From Geosiphon pyriformis uo1 (lineage: Eukaryota; Fungi; Glomeromycota), in contig JAAOMT010000603.1 in assembly GCA_016748015.1 (NCBI GenBank), positions 215,008 through 279,007 of the forward strand: a stretch of DNA of 64,000 nucleotides, read 5' to 3'. Both the position numbers and the translations under genes were made by a program. Each line of letters starts with the position of its first letter. The first letter of the stretch is position 1. The notes beneath the pieces are model-generated. The model was not told the origin of the DNA and did no database searches. It was given only the letters and a program-made list of their open reading frames with translations. Below, one piece after another: positions 50,470-63,332 of this stretch.

Positions 50470-53400
50470 ATGTCTATGAAATCCCAAAGACGACCAACTG
50501 TCCCCCCAAAACCAGCTCGTTTGAGTTCGCTTACCAGTACTCTTAGTAGTGGTAGCGGTGGAAATGTTGGGACAAAACAAGATTATAATGCTCGAAATTC
50601 TATTAAAACTCTAAAAGTAATGCAGCATTATGAAGAAGGGAAACTGAACTCTGAAACCAAAGAAACAGTGTCAAACTGGTCGAATTCTGGAGTTGCGTTT
50701 TCCACTTCACCAACGAATTCACCCACAACTCCCACTTCAACTACGATGATCATATCGGAGGCAACGTTGGAACAAAGTATAAATGAAAATTCAAATGAAC
50801 AATTACCAAATAGATTAACACAAGAATTCCTAAAATCACAATCTCCCCCACTACCACTATCACTACCACCACCATCATCATCATCATTATCATTATCATT
50901 ATCATCATTATCGCCACCAACTGGACGCCAAGCTCGAGCATTATACGAGTTTGAAGGAGAAGCTTCGTATCGTGAACTTTCTTTTCGTGCTGGAGATGTG
51001 CTTACGATAACTAAAGAGAAATTAGCGGAAGGTTGGTCATTAGCATATAAAGACGGAGTGACAGGTCTTGTACCAGAGTCGTATATCACTGTATGTAATA
51101 CTAGTATACATAAATTATTCGAGAAAGTTATTTATAACATTTAAAAAGACTTCTAACTGACTATGCTCTAATAATCAAAATTCGATTTTCTTGCAGTATA
51201 TTCATGAATTTACTGAACTGCCTAACGCGAGACTTGCTAAAACTTCGAGTTATCAGCCAGATCCGTTACCTTCGCCACTATCGCAATCGCAAGCACAATT
51301 ATTAACTCCAACTACACCCAGAGGGTTCACTTATAGTAAAAGCTTGCTAAAAGGACGCCAATTAAATCGGTTTAGTTGGTTTGTTACAACCGGTGTTGAA
51401 GAATTTATATTGAAGGGGGGTATTGTTGGGAGTAGTGAGAGTAATAACGTAGCCATTAAAGACTTGAAAATGGATACACTTCATGAGAACGATGAAGATG
51501 AGGATCAAATAATGGAATCAGATAAACACTATATTCAGGTTAAGGGATCGAAGCTTACTCTTTTTACCGTCGATTTTCGATTCAGCTTTCGAATTTAATA
51601 TAGACTTTCGCTGATTTTATTAGAATGGACCAAGCTGGCAAGAGAAATCCCCAATCTTCACCATCATGGTTCATAACCCTGAGAAGAGAGTAAAACTAGG
51701 AGGCATGCAAGAATTCACAATCTTCAAAGTGACATCATTGGTAAGTTGCATCAATTGATCATATTCCATTAATATATTTAATTTGTTTCACAAATTATTG
51801 TACGCTTTTAGTTTGCTGAAGCAGCTCAAGTCACCGTGGAGAGGAGATACTCCCAATTTGAATGGCTCTACGATAAATTAACCGCAAAATTCGGACCTCT
51901 TGTGATGTCACCACTTCCGGAAAAGCAATACTCTGGTAGATTATTGAAGGATATTTGGATTTTGAATATGGCGATGATAAATTTTAAATTGACATCTTAC
52001 ATCGTTTAGGTCGATTTAATGAAGAATTCGTCGAGAAACGCCGACGGGCTTTAGAACGATTCATCAATCGGTTAGCGCGTCATCCTGTCATACGATACTC
52101 TGACCTTTTAACACATTTCCTGAGCTGTGAAAATGAATCGGTATTTTATCGGGGGTTTTTTTTTTCAAGGAATTTTTTTTTCAAAACTTGTAATTCATCT
52201 GCTATTTTGCTCCTGTAAGGAATGGCAAAAACGTGAAAAGGAATTCGATGCTGATAAAATAATCGGTCAAGTATTCTTTGAACACGTCTATCACCCAGAA
52301 TTTAATTTCGACGATAGGTAAATTATGATATGAAATTTTTTTGGCATGTTGTTATTTTAACTCTAGGCATCATTAAACTTATTTTTTTAATCGATTCAGT
52401 GATATAGAAAACTTTGAACGATTTGAAGCTCATGCTCGCGGAATGGAGAAATTAATGCCATGGGTGAATGAAGGATTACAATCCCATAAAGATCTTATGG
52501 GAGGTAAGATCTCTTTTTCTGTTATTTGAATTTGTCCATTTTTGAATTTATTTATTTAAAAAATTAATCAAATTCTCAAGATACACATCGTCAATATCGC
52601 CGAATGGGTTACGCGTTATTACGCCTAATCACTGGTCATAATGTTGGTGATGGTTACGAATGTATTAACGAAGAAGGAGCTTGGTGTTGGAGAGATGATT
52701 GTCAAAGTAGGTATTCATAATGATATATATATATATATATATACCTTTTTTTTATCTAAATCTAAGCATATTCTTTGTTCTATTAGACTGCCTTAACCTC
52801 ACCAAAGCAATGCAATTCACGGCGGAAAGTATGCAAACGATAGCCGACCTATTCGAATCTTATGTGGGTAACTCTTAAAGGTTAATTTTTTGAAATTTGT
52901 CAAACTTAAAATTAATCAAAGAAGTTATTGAAAGGCAAATGACGAATGTATCACTATGATGGAAAAGTTCAAAGAATATACATATCCGGTGAATAACTAT
53001 GAGGTAACTTAAGCAGAAAAAGGTTTTAATTTTAGAAATTGAAAGTCAATTAAAATCTTTTAATATAGCCACTAATCGATACCCACATGGGAACTAACAA
53101 AATGTATAAAGAAGTTTCATCGTCAAATGACGATATTCAGAAAGTTGAGGTAAAGAAATATGCTATTTTTCTTCGTTCTTTTTTTATTTTCTTGTAATAA
53201 TGAGAACAGTTTAACTTGGTTATATTTTAGGACGTGGAATCCGAAATAATTCGGTCGAGATGTGACACTGTATTTAATGTAACCTTAGCAGAAATGGATC
53301 GAATTCATGATGAACGTGCTCAAGATTTTCAAGAAAACACCAAAACATTTTTGGATGGACAAATTCAATTATATGAAAAGGTGATTCTTCATTATTTTCT

Positions 53401-53753
53401 TTTAATTATTACACTGGTATTTTATTCAAAATCTTCAAATCTTATTCCTACTAATAAAAAATCAGATACTCGAAGAATTACGACAAGCAAGAGCAAACTT
53501 TGATGATCCATATTACTCTTCACTCTCTCAGACACCCTTCACCCCTAGTAAGTACGAAGCACTTATCGATGAACAACGACCGGTAATCTCGAGGCCTGTG
53601 TCTGTTGCATCGGTGGGGTCAATGTCGAGTATGGTTGGTGGGGTAGTTGATGGTGTTGGGACTATGGGTAGTTTCTTGTTAAAGAAAACAGGAAGAAATA
53701 CTAGTAGTAGAAGTAATCCCTCAATGTTTGATATATGGTGGGGTAGAGGGTAG
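50470..53753 (+). CDS. SH3-PX-BAR sorting nexin (SNX9/18/33-like)
   Basis: SH3 (ARALYEF..ELSF..GW..GLVPESYI), LNRFSWFVTTGVEEFIL, PX (VERRYSQFEWLY..PLPEKQYSGRFNEEFVEKRRRALERF..HP) and BAR end (TLAEMDRIHDER). Many introns. Confidence 0.87.
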
Positions 53754-54039
53754 AGATTGAATTTGGAATGAAATTAATGAACAATGGCGTTAAGCAAAGT
53801 GTGAAAATATTAATCGATTTTATTACATACTAATCTAATTAAGTTATCTAATTATAAATCAACAATCTTTATGTCATTATCTTTTTAATCCAATCATGTC
53901 TTGACAGGTTTGACGATCATTATTTCTATTAACGCGAAATCAATATTACGTTGAAGTTTTTAGTGACCTCTATAATTACAAGTCCCAAAAATATTCATCT
54001 TTTACTTTCTTTTTAAAGAATAACGTTCAAAGAGATACA

Positions 54040-55296
54040 ATGATTAAATCAACTATAATTACAAGAGTTTCTGACGGTATGCTATATAAAAAGCTTAATA
54101 AATCAAAAAAACGATTTTCAACTGACTCTGTTGTCAAAACTACCCATTAGGCTTACCACTTGCCGCTTCAGTAGATAATGAACAGGTAAATTCTATTCAT
54201 CTCAAAAGTCATTATAGAAAACTTGCGGGATTTTTGTTCAAGCTTATTAAGGATCTCTTCTGACATTATTTGTTAAATTGATTCGACTATTTAACTGAAG
54301 GCGGGTGAAGCTGAGCTAGCTGAGTACAAACAAAAAGCAAAACAACTTTTCAAAAAGATCAATGAAAATTCGGAAGATAAATGTTCTATAGAATCTGGGA
54401 ATTATTATTTTCAGTGAGTTGGAAGGATAACGCGTTTAATTTGCTCTTGATTTACTATTTTTTCATAATCTATTAATATTATTAATCGAATCTCCCTTTT
54501 CACTATTATTAAAATTTATCTTTTTCGTAACATCCATTTCATCTTCAAAATCACCAAAGTTATATTATACAAAATGGCGTTTGCTACATGACTATTAGTG
54601 ATCGATCGTACCCACGGCAGCTTGCTTTCAGTTATTTAGATGAGCTTGCTAAAGAGTTTTACACAAACTACGGAAATGAGATAGAGAAAAAAAATTTGAG
54701 ACCCTATGCCTTTGTTAAATTTGGTAAGTGAATATTACGTGTGTAAATCTATAGTTTCGCAGACATTTTTTGTTTGATTTATCTTGGGAATTAGGATTTC
54801 TCAGAATTTTAATTATTTTAATACTCGATACCAGATACTTTTATGCAAAAAACCAAAAAGGTATACCAAAATACACGAACACAGACGAATCTTGATCGAC
54901 TGAACGTAGAATTGAACGAAGTGGCCAATATCATGACAAAAAATTTAGAGAATGTACTTTGGCGCGGTGAAGGTTTGGAGAGTGAGTGTCAATGAATTAA
55001 AGTGTTATTCTGTGCTAGTGGTTATTTTTTAACTTTCTGAAATCTAGTTATAAAGGGCAAAGGAAGTTATTAAACCAATCAAAAGTCATTTGTTATTTTT
55101 TTTTGTTTACTGACTTGGGTTTTAACTTGAAATAGAAATGAGTTCTCTATCTGATCAACTTCGCTACGAGTCTCAGAAGTACAAGAAATCTGCGCGTGAT
55201 CTCAATTTGCAACTCCTTTATCGCAAATATGGTCCGCCGGCGGTTATCTTGTTGGTATTTTTTTTGGTGATTTATTGGCGCTATTGGTGGTATTAG
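54040..55296 (+). CDS. SEC22: R-SNARE Sec22 (longin, SNARE, TM), 6 exons
   Basis: MIKSTIITRVSD|GLPLAASVD, SYPRQLAFSYLDELAKEF, RPYAFVKF|DTFMQKTKK, IMTKNLENVLWRGE and a C-terminal TM helix. Missed by the ORF track because the exons are short. Confidence 0.92.
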
Positions 55297-56187
55297 AGCG
55301 AGAGAAGACTGTAATTTTGTCCGAATAGCAATGATTCTTTCCCTTTCAGAGAATTAAACAGAATCGAATCAAAATCGCAAGTCGAATGATGGGTAGGTTA
55401 GTCTTTTCATTTTTATGGTGACGCTAGATTCATAGCCTTAGCTAGCTGCTATAAATTCATGACGATGAAATCAACACCATTTTTCATTCTTTCAAACAAT
55501 CATTATAATTCTTGTATGTTATTCTTTTGTATATATATATATATAAATATACGACACGATTTGGTGAAATTAAAAGGTATTCATTCTCTAATCGGGTGTG
55601 CGCAATGTACATAGTAGATAAAAATTTTAGGACCTTTCTTTTTATGCCTGTCTAGATCATTTGCTCCACCATATAATCTATATATAAATTTCAGACAATT
55701 ATTTTTAATGGTGGGGTGAATTTTGACTAGGATCCATTAATATAAGTTCTATCTGAATACCTAATACGTGATTCCAGAATTATAATTATACCTACGATAA
55801 TTAAGGATCTTGCAAGTTAAAAATTACAGGTAATATTAAATTTCCGGGATAAAAAACTGGGGCTTCGATTAATTTCAAAAATATCAACTAAAGATGTATG
55901 TGACCAATCAACATTTTCCATCTCGAAAAATACGAAACGATTTAAAATTACAAAAGATGCTCAAAACTTTTGTAATGATTGAAAATGGTTTGCGATGAAA
56001 ATACAAGGGTTTTGATTGTAATATAGGTGATTAAAGTTAAAGGTTGAAATTCAAAATTTCTCCTACCTTTTGTATAAATTATGCTGAAATAACTTTGCTT
56101 TTTTTTAAGATTGATTTATTGAGTACAGTAATATAGCATCTTTTGATACAAGATAGTCTTCTTAAATGCATCCCTTTTGGAACTGAT

Positions 56188-56793
56188 TATAAGTGTGCAT
56201 TTAATATAAGTGTGCATTTAATATGTATATGCACTTAAAAAATCTAAAGTTTAGAATTATTTAAAAAAAATTTAATTATAAAAATAATTACAATAATAAA
56301 ATTTTTTTAAACCAAAAACATTCAATATTTTTATTTTATTAAAGTAATCTACAAATATTTGTTTATTATAAACATGTTTAAATATTTATTTTTTTGTTAT
56401 TATTATCTTTTTTTTTTGCTATAATTCATATTTAATACTATTTATTATAATTAATTACAATTAAAAACTGATTTTTAAAATTATAAATATTTATAAAAAA
56501 AAGTTTTTTTATTTGTTTTTAAACTAATTAAAATTTTTAAGTAAAATTAATTATTATTTTAAAAATATGTAAAATCTGAATTTTTAAATATTTAATATTT
56601 ATAATAAAATTTATTTTGTAACCAAAAAAAAAAACTAAATTTATTAAGTAGTTTATTTTTTTTAATAATAAAAATTTATAATAATACTAATAATCAAAAA
56701 TTTTTTAAATATTATCTTAACAATAATAATGTTAAAAACTTTTTAAAAATAAAAATAAAAATAAAAATATTTTTAATAATAATTTTTTTAAAA

Positions 56794-56838
<45 letters not shown>

Positions 56839-58200
56839 TTTAATACATTTTTTTTTTACCAAAATTAATTAACAAAATTAATTTTATTGGTAATATTTAA
56901 AAAAATCTGAAATATAAACTTTATAAAAAAAAACTTAATATTGTTGTTTTTTATAATTAATTTTATATTTATAAAACCAAATAGAAAATTTTTATTTTTT
57001 ATTGATTAATATAAAGTTAATTATTATTTAATATAATATAATTATATAGAATTTTAAATTAAATATAATATATACACTTTTTATATGTGATCAGACATAA
57101 AATAAAAATTAAATCTTTATAATATTATTATAAAATACTATAATAAAAACCATTTATTCAAAATTTATTAATAATTATTAAATATTTTTTAAAAACAGAA
57201 AAAAAAAAGTTTTAGTTTTTATTTTTTTTAATTCAATTTTTGCAATCAAATAATTTAATAATATAAATAATTAAAATTATGTGTAAAAATATAACTTATT
57301 TTACTTTTTAAAACCAATAATAATTAATTAAAATCTATTATATTAAGTAGTATAATTAAATATTAATTCAAATTAATTTAAATAAATATGTTATTATTAT
57401 TATTATTATTATTTAAAATAAAAAAATTATTGTTTACAATTAAAAAAAAATTAAGTATTATAATTAATATCAATATAACAAAATATCAAAAAAAAATCAA
57501 ATTTTAAATTTTAAATAATATTTAAAAAAATTAATTGTATTTTTTTAGTTGTTTTTTTGCTATTTTGGTTTTTCTTGATTATTTAAATAGCAAAAAAAAA
57601 GTTAATAATAAAAAATAATAACTTACTTATTATTTTTTAATTAAAAATTTTCGAGTTTTTTGTAATAATAACAATTATAGTAAAACTGTTTTTGGCATAT
57701 TATTTTAAAAAACCTTTAAATAAAAAAATTCCATTCAAACCCAAAAATAATGTTATTTTAACAGATAAAAACTGGTTAAGTTTTTATTATTTAAAAAAAA
57801 ACATTTTTTATAAAGTATTATTTAGTTGTTTTTACTATTAAAAAGTTTTTTAAATAATTATATTAATAATAATTAAAATAATAATAAAAATTGTCTTTTT
57901 TTAATTATATTTATAAAATTACAAATAATAATTAAAATAATAATAAAAATTGTCTTTTTTTAATTATATTTATAAAATTACAAATAATAATTAAAATATA
58001 TTGATTGTATTTAAATAAAAAAATTTTTATTCATAAATTGAAATTGGTTATAAATACATAATTAAAATATTAAAATTTTTTTTAAAACCAAAACTGACCA
58101 GTTGTTTTACACATTAAAAAAGAAATAAGTAAAAGTAAAACCACCACCAAATCTGTGTTTTCATGTTATTTTTTGATTAATGAAAATAATTTAGTTTTCT
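56188..58200. repeat. AT-rich desert with a 17-bp tandem repeat x2 (56188-56221), (AAT)n (about 56794-56838) and a 59-bp tandem repeat x2.3 (57865-57998)
   Basis: TATAAGTGTGCATTTAA twice; 59-nt period read directly. Confidence 0.75.
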
Positions 58201-58437
58201 GGTCACACACTTGAATACAGATAATATTGCCACGTGCCATGCAATTATAGGACTTCAATTATAACGAACCCGAAAATGCATTGCACATGTAAAACATAAA
58301 GGGTGTGCACTTATTTAGAATATTTAATATTATGTAGTAAGAGTCCGTTCTATAATGAGAGAAAGGGAGTAAGGATGTACGATCAAACTTTTGTTTTACA
58401 TCCAATAATTTATTTTTCGTCTAGTTATTGGAATATC

Positions 58438-60102
58438 TCAAATTCTCAAAGAGTATTCTGGGAGTATATCGATTACAAACGGGTCCGTTGTAGTGTAAAT
58501 TACTTTGCTTTTATGAAATCCATTAAACTGTGATGCCGCGCAAATGGTGTAGGCGCCCATTTCCTCAAAATATAACCAATCGCCAGGAAACAGCTCAGGA
58601 AGGGTCCCAATCTTGGTAATACAGTCAATGGAATCACAGGTGGGTCCCCAAATACTGCAAGCATATTCGGGTTCCTCCAAATCGAGACCAAATCGGAAAT
58701 TTTCCCCTTTCAACAAAACTTTTGGATAGACAGTTTGATGATCAAACAAGATACAGTTAAATGCACCATAGACTCCATCATTGATGTAATCTGTTTTCAA
58801 AAATATTAAAACGAAAAGACAGTTGAAAAACCAAATACTTCAGTGAATTCTCACAAAAGAGTTTTAACTTACACATATATGAAGGTTTTTCCATGTTCAC
58901 TGTTGGAACTATGTCCATAGATCGAGTTTCGTGAAGGTCACTGTGCACAGTACGGCGTGAGATTATGTGTGTAGCAATTGTAAATGCTGAGGCGACATAA
59001 TAACGACCAGGCTCGGCAATCACTCGGATATGTGGTGGGAAATGTTCATCGATTGCAGGCCCCAATACGGCTGCGATCTTTTCGAAAGTGATTCCATTTC
59101 CGAGACGTTCATGTGTAAATCCACCCCCAACATCTAACAATTCGAAATCAAACCCGAGCTTTGAAGCTTCGTCAAATACCGTCTTAGCCATAAACACAGC
59201 ATCAGCAAAAGCATTCTCATCAAAACATCCACTGCCTACATGAAAGCTGTTTAGGTGAAAGGTTAGTCAATTTTCATTTATAAGAAAACTAAGAAAATAT
59301 TTAGACTGAAATCATCGACATACCTGACCCCAATGACGTTTAAGCCTAAATCTTGAGCAATCCTCAAAAGACGTCCGGTTGAGTCCAATGAAGCTCCAAA
59401 TTTCAATCCCAATTTACATCGTGATTTTGAGTCGTCGGGCAAGATACGAAGGACAAGTTGAGCATGAGAAAAATAGCGTTTAATTTTATGCAACTCTTCG
59501 GCATTATCAAATGTCATTAGCTTGACATTTTTTTCAGCGGCGTAACGAATAAAAGATGCCTGTTTGCATGGATTGGCATAAATGATTTTGGATGGATCTA
59601 CATTAAGATCAAGCACTGTTTGAATTTCTGCTTTACTGGCACAATCAAAGCCAGTGCCCAATTCGGCCAAAAGGCGTAATACAAGTAGATCGGGATTGCA
59701 TTTGACGGCTAGATTAAAAATTTTGCCATACAATAGACTAATAAATTAATTTGGTGCTATGAACAACTTAAAAACTCGAATGGCCTTTATTTTACCATAG
59801 TAAGGTTTGACACGAGGTAAAAGTTTTTTCCAACGTAAATGCTGGCGTCTGATTTCGCCAAGATCAGCAACAAAGAAAGCGTTGTCTCCTTCAGAGTCAC
59901 CAAGATCTTCAACTGCGGTGATGGAATTATTCGGAGGCAATATTTGATTTTTCAAGACTTGGTCAACAGGTAGAGATTGGATAAGGGGAAGAAGTCCATT
60001 CGTACTACCAAGCGAGCTTTTTAATGAATTTTTTTCAACCAAAAGTTTTGAGCGAAATTGCTCTGCTTTATATGTGTGGATGGTTTCAATGGATCCTTTC
60101 AT
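58438..60102 (-). CDS. SPE1: Ornithine decarboxylase, 4 exons
   Basis: YY|AVKCN (PLP lysine), GFDCAS, YANPCK, KFGA, SFHVGSG, LDVGGG, EPGRY, WGPTCDSID and GAYT. Catalytic Lys and Cys are intact. Confidence 0.95.
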
Positions 60103-60209
60103 CGAGGGGTGTTGATGATCAATAATTGCTGTACCTTTTAAGGGATTATTTGGCTGCCGATTGCTTTAGAGGGAATGTTAAAATTGAAGAAATCAAGAGC
60201 AAATGAAAT

Positions 60210-60456
60210 TCAAGGTTGGATAACGAATGAATAAGTGGTGATTCTCGATGTCCACCACACACCCACTCTCTCAGCCGCAAAAAATGAAGCCTAGCTTATA
60301 GAATGTGTCAAGCCAGGGAGGTGAACGCTGAGATGATGAAGTGGTATGGCACTTTAGTCTCAAAAATAGAGCTCGTTACAACAAAGGAAGAATTAATGTA
60401 TTTACCTGATGACCCCGGAAGACAATTAACTTGACTACTTGGTTTTGTGGCGCCGT
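60210..60456 (-). promoter_or_regulatory. Candidate non-AUG (ACG) spliced upstream coding region (uCC) in the ODC leader, 43 aa
   Basis: ATC-ACG-G context. Exon 60456-60406, GT-AG intron 60405-60291, exon 60290-60210. Encodes (M)APQNQVVKLIVFRGHQ|ASFFAAERVGVWWTSRITTYSFVIQP*. Confidence 0.65.
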
Positions 60457-60833
60457 GATGGAAGTGCACCTTTCCGAACGCGGGAAAAGTGCTGTGATAG
60501 AAAAAGGGTGTGTACTCAAGGAGTACAAAAAGGAAACTTAAAGTTTATCAAAGGAAGGAAAAAAACAAAGTAGCAGTAAAAGAACCTTGTGGATTTATTT
60601 TGTATAGGAAACCTTGTGAAACAATCAATAAGCTATGATCTCACAATGATTTATTCACAGATGATCTGATTATTTTTTCAAGGCCCTGCGTAACGTTTCC
60701 TCAAAACGAAAACATTTTGCCGAATAGATCCCCAAAAAAATCGATTCTAAACAAAAAATAAAGCCTGATATTTATCAGAGCAAGATTTTTTCATTTATTA
60801 ACAATAGCCAAGTAAGATTCACCAAAACATAAA

Positions 60834-62856
60834 ATGATAAAAATTGTACCACTTGGAGCTGGACAAGATGTAGGCCGTAGTTGTATTATTGTATCGATCG
60901 GTGATGATAGCACTGGTATCAAGAATATTATGTTTGACTGCGGCATGCACATGGGATATGCCGATGAAAGAAGGTTTCCTGATTTTTCCTATATTTCAAA
61001 GACAGGAAACTTCACTGGCATGCTAGACTGTATCATTATCACACATTTTCATTTGGATCATTGCGGTGAGAATTCGATTGAATATTTTTATCTCATTTCT
61101 GCCAATGAAATCATTTTTAATCAAGATCTTCCTTGATCTTGTTAATCTAAGTATAAGTTTTTCTTTTTCAGGGGCATTACCTTTCTTTACTGAAATGTGT
61201 GGGTATGATGGCCCAATATTTATGACCCACCCTACCAAAGCCATATGTCCGATCCTTCTTGAAGACTATCGCAGGATTACTGTAGAACGAAAAGGGGAAA
61301 CCAATTTTTTTACCTCGCAAATGATTAAGGATTGTATGAAAAAGGTGACAGCTGTGAATCTTCATCAAACGGTCAAAGTGAACGGCGAGGATAATCTTCA
61401 GATTAAAGCTTATTATGCTGGGCACGTGCTGGGAGCCGCAATGTTTTACGTGAAGGTTGGGCAACAATCTGTAGTATATACTGGGGACTATAATATGACA
61501 CCTGATCGTCATCTTGGTGCTGCTTGGATCGATAAAGTACGACCAGATATTTTAATTACCGAATCAACTTATGCTACCACTATTCGGGATTCGAAAAGAT
61601 CACGTGAAAGGGATTTTCTGAAGAAGGTACACGATTGTGTAGCCCAAGGTGGAAAAGTCTTAATTCCAGTTTTTGCTTTGGGACGAGCACAAGAATTATG
61701 TATCTTATTAGAGACATACTGGGAACGAAACAATCTCAGTGTACCAATATACTTTTCGGCTGGGATGACAGAAAAAGCCAATGAATATTATAAATTATTC
61801 ATTAATTGGACCAACGAGAAGATAAAAAGTACCTTTGTTCATCGCAACATGTTTGATTTTAAGCATATCAAACCTTGGGAACGTGCTTATGTTGATGTAC
61901 CTGGTGCCACAGTATTATTCGCCACACCTGGGATGTTACATATTGGAACTTCATTAGAAGTTTTCAAAAAATGGGCTCCTGATGCCAAAAACATGGTAAT
62001 AATGCCGGGATATTGTGTTGCAGGAACTGTTGGAGCCAAAGTTATCAACGGGGAAAAAAAGATTCAATTAGATAAAAATACAACGATCGATGTTCAACTT
62101 CAGGTCCAATACATGTCATTCAGCGCGCATGCCGATGCTCAGGGAATAATGCAACTTATAAAACAGTGTAAACCAAAGAATGTTGTGCTTGTGCATGGCG
62201 AAAAAGCAAAGATGGAATTTTTGGCCAATAAAATTACCAATGAATTTAAAATTCCTTGTTATTATCCAGCAAATGGGACAACAATCACAATTGAAACAAA
62301 TCTGGATATACCGGTTGATATTTCGATTAATTTACTTAAACATCACCTAGTTTGGCAAAAGGACCCTTGCTTAACTCATCTTTCCAAAAAGATAGATCTT
62401 GAACATGTAAAGCCAATGGAATCAATTTCTATACAAGGAATGTTAGTGATGAAACCCAACCAAAATATTCGATTGGTCGATCCCAATCAAGCTACTGATG
62501 TTGTACCCGTTCACGAATTATCATTTGAAGTTACCAAGAAATTAAATTCTTTTATTCAAAATCAACAAAAAAAAAGACAATACAAATTGTTAGATGCTAA
62601 CTTATTTGAGGATTTACGATTCGAAGCTTTTGATGCCGTTTTTACCGCTTTAGAATTGTCACTAGGAAGTACTGTGAGAATTGAAAAGGAAAACTCATTC
62701 CGAATTCGAATAAGATCGATTTCTATTAGTGTTCCTCCTATTCGCAAACCTTTGATTAGTGATGAGAATGATAATGCGCTGAAAATTTCGTGGAATTACA
62801 AGGATGAGGATCTGGCTGAAGAAATCATTTCGATTATTGAACAAACTTTATCATAA
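60834..62856 (+). CDS. INTS11: Integrator complex subunit 11 (CPSF3L; MBL/beta-CASP nuclease), intron 61066-61171
   Basis: [75 protein letters not shown] and SFSAHAD match INTS11 rather than CPSF73/Ysh1 (GAGQEVG, GDYSREEDRHL). Confidence 0.92.
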
Positions 62857-63332
62857 TGATCATTTGCCGATCAACAACGAACCTTCTTTTCAGGCTATCA
62901 CTTTTGCTCAAGATTTAAAAATTGTCCAAGCCATAATTGGGATGATTTTTTGTCTCGATATTTCCAACAATTTGAAGTTGGACAATTTCTTTGCAGATAA
63001 TTTTGAATCCCAATAAATTCTTCCTAGAAAGCTCAGTTTCACCATTCATGACTTGCCTTATTTTTTTATTTAAATAATATTGTTAAAATAAATAAAACTT
63101 AAAGCATTTTTTTAATCATAAGTAAAAAGGGGGTATTTTGGCGAATAGAGTATTGTGGCAAAATAAATTTGCGTACGAGAATAAGACGCCATTTTCACAC
63201 TTGAACAAATGGGATTTTTATTAACTTCGCCACAATGTTTTTTAAAAACATGATTATCCTATGATCATAGCGTTATTGTGTCACAATAAAAAATTTATAA
63301 GTTTTAAAATATATCAAGGCAAATAACTGAAA

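Noticed and set aside
57865-57998. Tandem repeats as a CRISPR-like array
   Set aside because: Contiguous units with no spacers, in a eukaryotic AT desert.
57081-58210. TGTGATCAGA and TCTGGTCACA as TIRs of an eroded element
   Set aside because: Only about 10 bp of imperfect match, no clear TSD and no internal coding remnant.
60103-60170. Non-AUG N-terminal extension of ODC
   Set aside because: Only about 22 open codons before an in-frame TAA and no convincing near-cognate start.
60260-60345. GCTGAGA motifs suggesting a TPP riboswitch near the ODC leader intron
   Set aside because: The downstream ACCTGAT/ACTTGAT and GCG-AGGA elements and the P1-P5 pairing are not found at the right spacing.
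61066-61171. N-terminus of the 596-aa ORF (MRIRLNIF...)
   Set aside because: Read-through of the INTS11 intron; the true start is 60834.
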